DNA of 64,000 nt. Source: a virus. The position numbers and the translations under genes are program-made. Location: positions 5,087 to 69,086 of IMG/VR virus record IMGVR_UViG_3300030333_005770; one strand, written 5' to 3'. Shown piece after piece: positions 56,155-63,593 of this stretch (position 1 is the stretch's first letter; every line of letters starts with the position of its first letter). The notes beneath the pieces are model-generated. The model searched no databases and was not told where the DNA came from. It worked only from the letters and a program-made list of their open reading frames with translations.

Positions 56155-56362
56155 ATAGGTTGTGACCTTTGCGAAACCATTTCGTGCATGAGAAGCATGC
56201 TATTTTGAAACGCAATGCGCGTTTATTGATATAGTTTTCTTTGCAACTCGGGCATAATACAAATGATTCGCATTCGGCTTTAATTTCCAGAGCCTCTCGA
56301 ACCTGCGCAGCAGAGTATTTCTCTCTGTTACGCAGGATCTTGTAGGCTCCGGCGGGGTTCAC
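56147..56362 (-). CDS. Small Zn-ribbon protein
   Basis: CPSC ... CFSC. Confidence 0.6.
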   Translation of the reverse strand: MNPAGAYKILRNREKYSAAQVREALEIKAECESFVLCPSCKENYINKRALRFKIACFSCTKWFRKGHNLYD

Positions 56363-56364
56363 AA

Positions 56365-57177
56365 TTATACCAACTCGAAATCAACGGCCTCTGCTACGGC
56401 CTCTTCGTATTCATTAGTGGAATCAATCCGGGCATCGATGGCATCCTTACAGTAATCGGTGAAGGTGTTATGCAATCGGATAGACCGGTCGGTAAGCATT
56501 GATGGAGACGTCTTCTGAACTTCAGTGAAGGCATTGAACAAAGACCAGCAGTTACGAGGTTCAAAGGCCTCATGCTGGGGATTGTCCCATTCCTCGATGA
56601 CAGCTTCAAGCTTAGAGCTGGGCAAAGCTTTGTTTCGCATGCTTTGCATTATGACATCGTGGGCCTGGACGTCGTTCAGGGTTGTGTCGGCGTAGGCTTC
56701 ATACCGGATTTCTTGGTAGTTCCATTTGTCAACGACTTGAAGAACCATGTGGCCAATCAGACTACTTAGATCCCGGAGGATGTGACGGGTGTGCTTACGA
56801 TTCATCTTAACTTCACCGGTGAAGGCCAGGTTATCGCATACGAATACGCGTGATCCGGCAACCAATCCGGCACTGAAGTGTTTGATGTGGCTGTTTCGGA
56901 TACCGACAACATTTTGGAAGGTACCGTTACCTTCGGAATCCTGACGTTCGATATTGTAGAGGGCAAAGAGATCATTGCCTTCATGATTCAATCCGTAATG
57001 CCGGTCAGTGATAGTAAGACTATGCTTGTTAAGAACATTATCGATGGTGTTCAGCAGGGTCTCATGCGGTATCGGGTAGTGAGTAGCGGTAGGCGCTGGC
57101 GTTTCGATGGAGCATACATCGGAGTAGTTAGCTCCGGTACCTCCACAGTGTAGATATAGTCTATTATTATCGCTCAT
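56365..57177 (-). CDS. DUF932/DUF945-like protein
   Basis: T.TH.PIPH, G.RNSH, G.RVFVCDNLAF, RKHT and WSLFNAFTE motifs. Confidence 0.8.
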   Translation of the reverse strand: MSDNNRLYLHCGGTGANYSDVCSIETPAPTATHYPIPHETLLNTIDNVLNKHSLTITDRHYGLNHEGNDLFALYNIERQDSEGNGTFQNVVGIRNSHIKHFSAGLVAGSRVFVCDNLAFTGEVKMNRKHTRHILRDLSSLIGHMVLQVVDKWNYQEIRYEAYADTTLNDVQAHDVIMQSMRNKALPSSKLEAVIEEWDNPQHEAFEPRNCWSLFNAFTEVQKTSPSMLTDRSIRLHNTFTDYCKDAIDARIDSTNEYEEAVAEAVDFELV

Positions 57178-57395
57178 GATATTATAGTTAGTTGTGGTGT
57201 ATGGTTTACGTTATAGGCCCAACCTTGGATAGTTATTAAAGGTTGAGACTTGTTGTGTTTTGATTCAGTAGGTACTGAAACAGTGATGTTTTGGGTTAAT
57301 AAACATTTGCCTCGCCAATGTACGGTTAGGCATTTGTTTGGTTTATTGTAATGGAAGAAGAATCTATATTTTCTCTTCCGTGGTTTGGAGGCCAT
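57174..57395 (-). CDS. Hypothetical protein
   Basis: 73 aa; FFFHYNKP...TVHWRG.C; coupled ORF. Confidence 0.65.
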   Translation of the reverse strand: MASKPRKRKYRFFFHYNKPNKCLTVHWRGKCLLTQNITVSVPTESKHNKSQPLITIQGWAYNVNHTPQLTIIS

Positions 57396-57744
57396 GATCG
57401 TTGGTGTTGGTTATGGCTGTGTCCACAGGATCGGAGATAGGATCCGGATCTATGTGATGAACTTTACCGTTACATTTGACGTATAGTATGGTGTCTAAGT
57501 TGAGAGCTCGCCAAGCGGTCACGTTTTCCCAGGTGTTCCATCCACGCAGGTTATGCATGAGGTACACAGGAAGTAGTGAGTTATCCGGTTGAGAGACTCT
57601 ACGGCCGGTTCCTTTGATGGATTTCTTGACGTATCGTCGGACGTTAGCGGTTCTGATTGACCCGTCTTTCTTAATCCAGCAGACATGGAATATGTTACTG
57701 CCGAATGAACGGATGAGATCTAGTATTTTAGTACGGTTATGCAT
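57364..57744 (-). CDS. WYL_2/Sm-like SH3 beta-barrel protein
   Basis: F.V.W.KKDGS.R and WR.LNLD motifs. Confidence 0.65.
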   Translation of the reverse strand: MHNRTKILDLIRSFGSNIFHVCWIKKDGSIRTANVRRYVKKSIKGTGRRVSQPDNSLLPVYLMHNLRGWNTWENVTAWRALNLDTILYVKCNGKVHHIDPDPISDPVDTAITNTNDHGLQTTEEKI

Positions 57745-58339
57745 GGTAGTTGTGGTATCTGGGTGCTTGTTCTGGTTTGTTGTTGGCATAAGCTTGCCAT
57801 ATAGCTGTGTCTAATTCACTAGGTGACATGTCTAATTGACATGACCGGCCAAGGAATAGAGCTTCAAGATCTTGATAGTAGTTTTCGTCTTGAGGTGTGG
57901 TGTCGGGTATCTCGGCATTAGGCCACTCGAGCTTTAACCATTTTAGTACATGGGTGTCGAGTACGGCTACTTCGGCATATTCACGACTGTGAGCAATGAA
58001 GAAGCTAGCTGTCTTGGGGCCGATTCCGGGTATGTTAGTCAGTTCATTACGATTGATGGTATATAGTTGACCACCGTTCTTGAACGTATTGCGAATAGAC
58101 TTCCAACATTTGGATAGACGATCGTATTGGCCAAGCCCAACGGTTTTCATGATTTTGCGTAGTGCATTTCCATGGAGGTCGAGGGTTGTTAGATCTCGGT
58201 TTTTGAACAGACGATTAAACTTCGCAGTCTGTACATCTGATCGTTTGCCGGCTACGGTAGTAGTCCATAGCAGGAACAGTAGTAGATCACTCGGACTTCG
58301 ATTGAAGTTGGTGATTTGATTTTGGTTTATTGCTTTCAT
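57737..58339 (-). CDS. HhH-GPD DNA glycosylase/AP lyase (Ogg-like)
   Basis: IPGIGPKTASFF (HhH with catalytic Lys), AVLDTHVL, Y..LE..F. Confidence 0.8.
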   Translation of the reverse strand: MKAINQNQITNFNRSPSDLLLFLLWTTTVAGKRSDVQTAKFNRLFKNRDLTTLDLHGNALRKIMKTVGLGQYDRLSKCWKSIRNTFKNGGQLYTINRNELTNIPGIGPKTASFFIAHSREYAEVAVLDTHVLKWLKLEWPNAEIPDTTPQDENYYQDLEALFLGRSCQLDMSPSELDTAIWQAYANNKPEQAPRYHNYHA

Positions 58340-58439
58340 GGTTCGTAGGATTTTGGCAGTAACCAATTGCCATGGTTATTAATAAGCAGACCAGGATTGT
58401 GCCCCAATCTGCTTTGTGGTTATAAAAAGATTTCATGTT

Positions 58440-58508
58440 AAAAAAAAAGAGCCCGACCCACGCATACCATAGGACGACAGAAACCTATGATAGTACGTGA
58501 ATCGGGCT
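58440..58508 (-). terminator. Unusually long hairpin terminator after the DUF2828 gene
   Basis: About 24-bp G-U-rich stem with a single-nucleotide bulge, followed by T9. Confidence 0.75.
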
Positions 58509-58546
58509 GAAAAGACGCTTGACAGCGTCCGGGTGCAGGTGCGTGG

Positions 58547-60070
58547 TTACGGGGCTTTGACGCCCCAAGAGTTAAAGCTGAGGTTCAGCTTATCGATAGC
58601 GTTCACAATAGGAGCATAACGCTCGTTATCGAGAACAGCGGCCTTCATGAAGGACTCTGGATTGTAGTCATTACTAAAAGCCATGGACAGGATGGTGGGT
58701 GAGCGACCGCTAATCAGGATGACACCGTCGTCATTCTTGGTAGCAGGTACTTGATTACCGCGAGAACATACATTCCAGAACACAATGGTTGGAAGGGTAA
58801 GACCGGCCATCTCTGCATGCGTACGCATAGCATCGAGGTTGGTGGGACTATTCCCGTAGTAGTTATCGGTGGCGGCATTGAACTCCATATCGGATACAAT
58901 AACTAGATTGTCCGGAAGTTCGCATTCGGCCTCAACAGCGCTGTCGATCAGAGTCTTCACAGCACCTTCGATGTTGGTAGACATCCCCCAATCGGCAGAG
59001 CTTAGCGCCTCGAGCTTCTGATCAATCGAGTTAAGAGGGTTGATTACCTCTAGAGCCGGCTCATCGGTGAAGGTCATGAACTTGTTCTGCCAATGTCCGG
59101 AGACATTTCGTTCAGCCATGTACATAGCTAATGCGATGGAAACAAAGATAGAATCAAATTCATCATACATGCTTCCGGATACATCGGCCATTACGATGGT
59201 GTCTTGGGGTTCACCAAAGGTAGGAAGGTTATCCCATAATGCGTTCAGGGCTGGATCTCCGGCAGACTGGTCCTTGTCTTGCATGATCTGCTTGATGATC
59301 TGATCCGGAGTAAGGGTACCGGCATTGATCTTAGCTTCACCCTTTTCAACACTATTTATGTAAGTGTTGAAACGTTCTTGATCATGCTTACCGAAAGCAG
59401 AGCGTAACCGGAGCATAGCTTGGCTAGGCACGGCAGCGTAATCAATCTCTTCCCATCGGCCGGAACACATCTTGGATTCAACAACGTTGAGATGCTCACG
59501 TAACTTACGGAGATTCTTACGGTATTGTTTCTGTGTCCAACCGAGGTCATGGCAGATAGCTTTCGCTAATGCTTTCTGGGTACGGTTGCTAGCGGTTAGG
59601 CTAGGTAACCATTTACCAAGAAGGGTACATTCTTGGCCAAGCTCGGAGGCGGCAAGATCAAGACTGAGATGGTGCTTAACCTTTTGCCGAACGGTGGCGT
59701 TAAGCTCGTAGTGCCGGATTACATCGTCCCAACGGCCATAGTTTGGAGTAAATCCAATAACAGCGTTGTAGATATCTTGGCAGTCACGATTTTTGGCCGT
59801 GAGCAAGAAGTCCATGCATACCCGGAAGATGTTCCGTTCACCCATACCATTACGGATATCGCGGGTGTAGAACAGAAGGGCAACTGCAAGTACAGGGTTT
59901 TCAACAAGGGCATTCTTGAAGAGTTTGAGGGCGGATACGACATCGTGTCGGAGAGCTCCGATACGAGAGAACATGTCCAGACAAGCGTCTAAGGTGGACT
60001 TGTTGCTCGATGCACCATTTTGGGTTTGAGTGCTGTTGGTGCTCGCACGTACTGAATCAACTAGGTTCAT
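58547..60070 (-). CDS. DUF2828 / TROVE-vWA (Ro60-related) protein
   Basis: RDIR.G.GER, YGRWDD, KWLP, MIDAS DVSGSM, WGMSTN, SDMEF and FWN motifs. Confidence 0.85.
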   Translation of the reverse strand: MNLVDSVRASTNSTQTQNGASSNKSTLDACLDMFSRIGALRHDVVSALKLFKNALVENPVLAVALLFYTRDIRNGMGERNIFRVCMDFLLTAKNRDCQDIYNAVIGFTPNYGRWDDVIRHYELNATVRQKVKHHLSLDLAASELGQECTLLGKWLPSLTASNRTQKALAKAICHDLGWTQKQYRKNLRKLREHLNVVESKMCSGRWEEIDYAAVPSQAMLRLRSAFGKHDQERFNTYINSVEKGEAKINAGTLTPDQIIKQIMQDKDQSAGDPALNALWDNLPTFGEPQDTIVMADVSGSMYDEFDSIFVSIALAMYMAERNVSGHWQNKFMTFTDEPALEVINPLNSIDQKLEALSSADWGMSTNIEGAVKTLIDSAVEAECELPDNLVIVSDMEFNAATDNYYGNSPTNLDAMRTHAEMAGLTLPTIVFWNVCSRGNQVPATKNDDGVILISGRSPTILSMAFSNDYNPESFMKAAVLDNERYAPIVNAIDKLNLSFNSWGVKAP

Positions 60071-60145
60071 GATAGTATATTTAGTTATGTAGGTTAGTGT
60101 GGGTTTAAAGGGGAGAGTGGGGATTGGACCCACTCTCGAAGCGGT

Positions 60146-60436
60146 TTAACTTATGCTATAGTGGCAACGGTCTAAGCTTGCGCGTAGAGTAATGGGGGAG
60201 GTACAACCGAGATCGTAAGCGTCTGCTTGCCAAGATTGTGGTTCCAGGGTTCCATGTTTTTCGAGGAAACGATCTTTTGCATATTGTTGGACAGCATCGC
60301 GGTGAGCGAACTCGAACGAATAATGCTTCTTGTTCATATCGACTAGGATCTCAAGCACGTTTTGGCATATTTGAGCTTGGGTGAGGCTTTTGATTTCGGT
60401 TGCACCTTCCATTAGGTTGAGTATTGCATTTTGCAT
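60146..60436 (-). CDS. Hypothetical protein
   Basis: 96 aa from MQNAIL. Confidence 0.55.
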   Translation of the reverse strand: MQNAILNLMEGATEIKSLTQAQICQNVLEILVDMNKKHYSFEFAHRDAVQQYAKDRFLEKHGTLEPQSWQADAYDLGCTSPITLRASLDRCHYSIS

Positions 60437-60574
60437 AGTATGTATGTTGCTTATTTGTTGTGGTTTTGTGCATATTTCTACGCACTCGGAAAGGGATGAG
60501 AGGTCGAGCCGCCACACTCGATAAAGCTTTCAAGGATAAACCTACTAGGCGTAGTACTGCCCTCTCAAGAATAG

Positions 60575-61420
60575 TTACTTGGCCTGAGGGTACCCAGATG
60601 TTGGGCCAAAGTAACGGGTAACTGACCGTGAAACCGGACGGTCAAAGCGGACATGGTTCCAGGTCTTGATAAGGCCGGCTAGGGCTTCGTACCTAGTCCA
60701 AGGTTGCTTATCGAAACGGACCTTAAACATCTGTTCACGGAAGTGCCGGATGGGACTGTCTTCGGAAAGGTCAATACCTTTAGCGAATCTAACGAGGAAG
60801 TCGTCAGCTTCTTCTTCATCGATATCGGCAAAGATGCGGTGGGCCGTGGCGCAGATGGAACCGGCGATGGGCAATTGCTTCTTCAGGGGGGCGATGAAGT
60901 TAACTGACTTAGGCATTTCCGGGTACATATCCATGAGGGTTTTGGCGTACTCATTGGGATACTTCATGCCTTTGCCACCGACTTTGATGGTCTGGTTCGT
61001 ATACTGGTCGAAGAGAACAACTGCGGAGGCCAACAGGGCAGAGTTTTCATAGCCGAGAATACCGAGGACATCGGACATACTACGACGTTTTCCGGAATCG
61101 ATCGTATCGAATACCTTGGGATCAAGGTTCTTAACGATGTAGGTCCGGAGTGGAAGGTTGGCTTTAACGCAAGCGGACAACCGGTGCTGGCCGTCGATGA
61201 GGATTTCACTGCCGTCGGAATTGCGTCCGACGCAGATGGTTTGGCCGTTTTCTTGCCACTCGCCGTCAAGCATGGCTTGGGCTAGTTTGTCGACGTGTTT
61301 TTGGGCCAGTACTCTGTTTCTCCGGGGGAGGTCGAGGAGGCGTTGAGCTTCGCGGGGGGAGATGGTTACGAGGTTAGCGGTTTTGTGGGTGGTAACGGTT
61401 GGTGTATATGTGTTCTGCAT
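60575..61420 (-). CDS. ParB/Srx-like N-terminal domain protein
   Basis: ISP..A..LL, NR.L, M..GEW..NG..I, LIDGQHRL.A and ID.G..R motifs. Confidence 0.8.
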   Translation of the reverse strand: MQNTYTPTVTTHKTANLVTISPREAQRLLDLPRRNRVLAQKHVDKLAQAMLDGEWQENGQTICVGRNSDGSEILIDGQHRLSACVKANLPLRTYIVKNLDPKVFDTIDSGKRRSMSDVLGILGYENSALLASAVVLFDQYTNQTIKVGGKGMKYPNEYAKTLMDMYPEMPKSVNFIAPLKKQLPIAGSICATAHRIFADIDEEEADDFLVRFAKGIDLSEDSPIRHFREQMFKVRFDKQPWTRYEALAGLIKTWNHVRFDRPVSRSVTRYFGPTSGYPQAK

Positions 61421-61425
61421 GATAG

Positions 61426-61683
61426 TTAGACGTTGGATTGAGTGAAGACAATGGTCTTCTGTTTGGTGAATGGTGTGGGTTCTGTGTCAATGACAATGAG
61501 CATCTCTCCGCCCACGAGTGCTTTGAACGCGGTGGTTAGAAAATCATCATTGTCGGTTAAGTGCTCTAGACCTATGTCTTTGAGCCGGTCGATGAATTGT
61601 TTCGATGAATCAAGGGATTCAACGATTCCTTCTTCGGTCAGCAGTTTTCGGATCTGCTCCGGATCCCCAAGTGGACTAGACAT
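61426..61683 (-). CDS. Hypothetical protein
   Basis: 85 aa from MSSPLG. Confidence 0.55.
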   Translation of the reverse strand: MSSPLGDPEQIRKLLTEEGIVESLDSSKQFIDRLKDIGLEHLTDNDDFLTTAFKALVGGEMLIVIDTEPTPFTKQKTIVFTQSNV

Positions 61684-61852
61684 TGGATTTTTTGTGGTTA
61701 GCTTCGTGAAGTCGAAAGACTGGAGATCTGGATAGGTCGGCAATGAAGCCGGGTATGTTCCGATTCTCGAGCTTGCCATATCGACGTTCGTGCTTCTCAA
61801 GGGCAATAGGTACAACGGCCTTGAGCGTTTTTCTAGAGATTTTTATGATCAT
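61676..61852 (-). CDS. Hypothetical protein
   Basis: 58 aa from MIIKIS; ATGA overlap. Confidence 0.5.
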   Translation of the reverse strand: MIIKISRKTLKAVVPIALEKHERRYGKLENRNIPGFIADLSRSPVFRLHEANHKKSNV

Positions 61853-62025
61853 GCTAGTTTGGGTTCGGGTATTACGATTGATTTGAAGTAAGCTATGGTA
61901 ACCTTGTGGCAGGTTCCGTCCGGGTAGGTCATCCAGCAATGGTTGCTGTTTGCGGGCCCGTACTGGAGATGGATATGGTTGAGCGAGCCATCCCACTCGC
62001 GTATTAGATGTGTCATTGGTTTCAT
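61849..62025 (-). CDS. Hypothetical protein (MKPMTHLIREWDG...)
   Basis: 58-aa ORF not in the track; stop overlaps the next start. Confidence 0.5.
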   Translation of the reverse strand: MKPMTHLIREWDGSLNHIHLQYGPANSNHCWMTYPDGTCHKVTIAYFKSIVIPEPKLA

Positions 62026-62056
62026 TGGTTTCGTGGTTGTGTGTTAGTTCACGGTT

Positions 62057-62290
62057 AAAAAAAAAGAGCAGTTTAAGGTCATACTCAGGACCAACCATGA
62101 TCGTTGCCGATCTTTGGGCGAAGGATGTCGCCCGATAGCGTATGCTATGATGTTGGATTAAGGATCGCTGGGTCATCGTGTTTCGACGATGTTTGTTCAC
62201 TAAAGAGCAGTTATTGAGACGGACATACTCCGGTCCGGTGTTTTCTAGATGAGTAATAGCTGGATCATCGTATTTCTACGATGTGGAATT
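62057..62290 (-). ncRNA. Putative structured ncRNA containing pseudoknot copies 2 (62066-62101) and 3 (62205-62236)
   Basis: Two pseudoknot motifs and five hairpins, ending in U9. Confidence 0.55.
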
Positions 62291-62516
62291 TTTGCATAGC
62301 TAGGTCATGACTAGATAGCGGGTTGGTTTTGTTATCAGTGTGGATTGCTGTAGTAACGTTTCTTATCAACGTTGAGACTAATGCGGTAAACAGGGCTTAC
62401 CACGTACCCATAGATCTTGTGTCTTATTGGATGGATTGCAGAAGTGGACGCGTTTCGGCGTTCTTCGGACTTGGACATAGGTACAGATCTACAAACTCCC
62501 TATACTCCCAAATCCT

Positions 62517-62583
62517 ACACCTTATAACATTTATTAATTTAAATTAGGAGCCCTAAAGCGCCTGTATGATAGTTCTCTGGACA
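62517..62583. repeat. Bipartite direct repeat, right copy (dif-like 28-mer plus 24-bp box)
   Basis: ACACCTTATAA-CATTTA-TTAATTTAAAT (62517-62544) and GCCTGTATGATAGTTCTCTGGACA (62560-62583). Confidence 0.8.
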
Positions 62584-62618
62584 AATTTATATATTCCTGT
62601 AGGGTGCCGGCGGCGTTC

Positions 62619-62910
62619 CTTTTACGTTTTATACGTTTTAGATCCGTTTTTTTACTTAAAACGTAATTTATAAACTGCTGGCCTTGAAAACCTTATACCT
62701 TATTTTACGTTTTTACGTTTTAATATATAGAAAGTATAGTATATATAATATAAGGGGTTCTCTGATGGTGTGTGTCCTGTGAGATATTACCGAGGGGTTT
62801 TTCTACCGTAAAAACGTAAAAACGTAAAATGATTCCCGAATTCCTTGCCTATAAAGACTTTGTGATTTTACGTTTTTAAGCCCCAACCGTTTCCCGAACG
62901 TTAAAACGTT
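62619..62910. repeat. Iteron-like TTTTACGTTTT repeats with AT-rich core (candidate replication origin)
   Basis: Many copies in both orientations; perfect 20-bp inverted repeat at 62702-62721 / 62811-62830. Confidence 0.65.
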
Positions 62911-63178
62911 ACTTCCGCTTAAAGGAACGATTCTTGGATTTCGGTACCGCCCGCAGGTTATTCCGGCTATTGTTACCGGTGTTTCGGTCTTTGTGGTCTA
63001 CATCCTTGCCGTCGCCCTTCCGTACCCGACCCGCCTTTGTCATGATTCTTCGAGCGGCGTTCCTCTGAGCCCGCCTCTTTTTTTGGTCTGGCCGGCCGTG
63101 ATACCTCCGGTACTCCCTTTTGTAGTCTCGAGGCTTCCGAATGGATGATCTGCGTCTGTTTCGTCTACGTAGTGGCAT
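62909..63178 (-). CDS. Small HNH endonuclease
   Basis: RDYKREY, DVDHKD, N...NLR and NRS motifs. Confidence 0.85.
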   Translation of the reverse strand: MPLRRRNRRRSSIRKPRDYKREYRRYHGRPDQKKRRAQRNAARRIMTKAGRVRKGDGKDVDHKDRNTGNNSRNNLRAVPKSKNRSFKRK

Positions 63179-63211
63179 ATGTATATCTTAGCCAAATGTT
63201 GAGTTTTTGTA

Positions 63212-63220
63212 AGCGGTTGC
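63212..63220 (-). promoter_or_regulatory. Degenerate late-promoter box, copy 6 (GCAACCGCT)
   Basis: Box, 21 bp, TAAGAT, 6 bp, ATG of the HNH gene. Confidence 0.5.
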
Positions 63221-63276
63221 GGTTGACCTGCTTTAAAACGTTACTGGCGTCAAGCAATACGTCACAAAAAGATCTC

Positions 63277-63306
63277 TTGCATCGCTTATGTAATACATGG
63301 TATAAC
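63277..63306 (+). promoter_or_regulatory. Sigma70-like promoter of the replication operon
   Basis: TTGCAT, 18 bp, TATAAC with extended TG; 6 nt before ATG 63313. Confidence 0.55.
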
Positions 63307-63312
63307 CTATCT

Positions 63313-63468
63313 ATGCCGTTAGATAATCAAGTAAACATACGGGTTGACGACGACCTGCTATATAAAATAAAGCTACTAGCGAAACAGCGCTACTCAACAC
63401 CCTCTCAAATTGTCCGGCAGGCGGTGGCTGAATACCTCGAGAAGATGGCGGCTAAGAGTAAGTCATGA
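63313..63468 (+). CDS. Ribbon-helix-helix (CopG-like) regulator
   Basis: QVNIRVDDDL...LA.....S.IVRQAV.EYL. Confidence 0.85.
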   Translation: MPLDNQVNIRVDDDLLYKIKLLAKQRYSTPSQIVRQAVAEYLEKMAAKSKS

Positions 63469-63593
63469 GTACCCTGAAAGTCCTAGTATTCCTAATAGTA
63501 AGTGCTTTCGCCGGGTGCAATCACCCATGTACGGTGGCTTCCCATAGCTGTCCCGAACCGGGTCACGGGCCTTGCTACCTTTGCGATAAGTGA
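63465..63593 (+). CDS. 42-aa Cys/His-rich lipoprotein
   Basis: MSTLKVLVFLIVSAFAG-C lipobox; overlaps the stop/start codons of both neighbours. Confidence 0.55.
   Translation: MSTLKVLVFLIVSAFAGCNHPCTVASHSCPEPGHGPCYLCDK

Noticed and set aside
54738-58339. HhH proteins as thymidine-hypermodification (aGPT-Pplase) enzymes
   Set aside because: No dUMP hydroxymethylase or 5hmdU kinase is visible in the window, and the motifs look Ogg-like.
60113-60137. tRNA gene suggested by a T-loop-like hairpin
   Set aside because: No D-arm, anticodon arm or acceptor stem. I found no tRNA anywhere in the window.
61853-62200. N-terminal extension of the 174-aa track ORF 61676-62200
   Set aside because: It runs through the RNA structures and the U9 tract. 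Two short coupled ORFs explain the region better.
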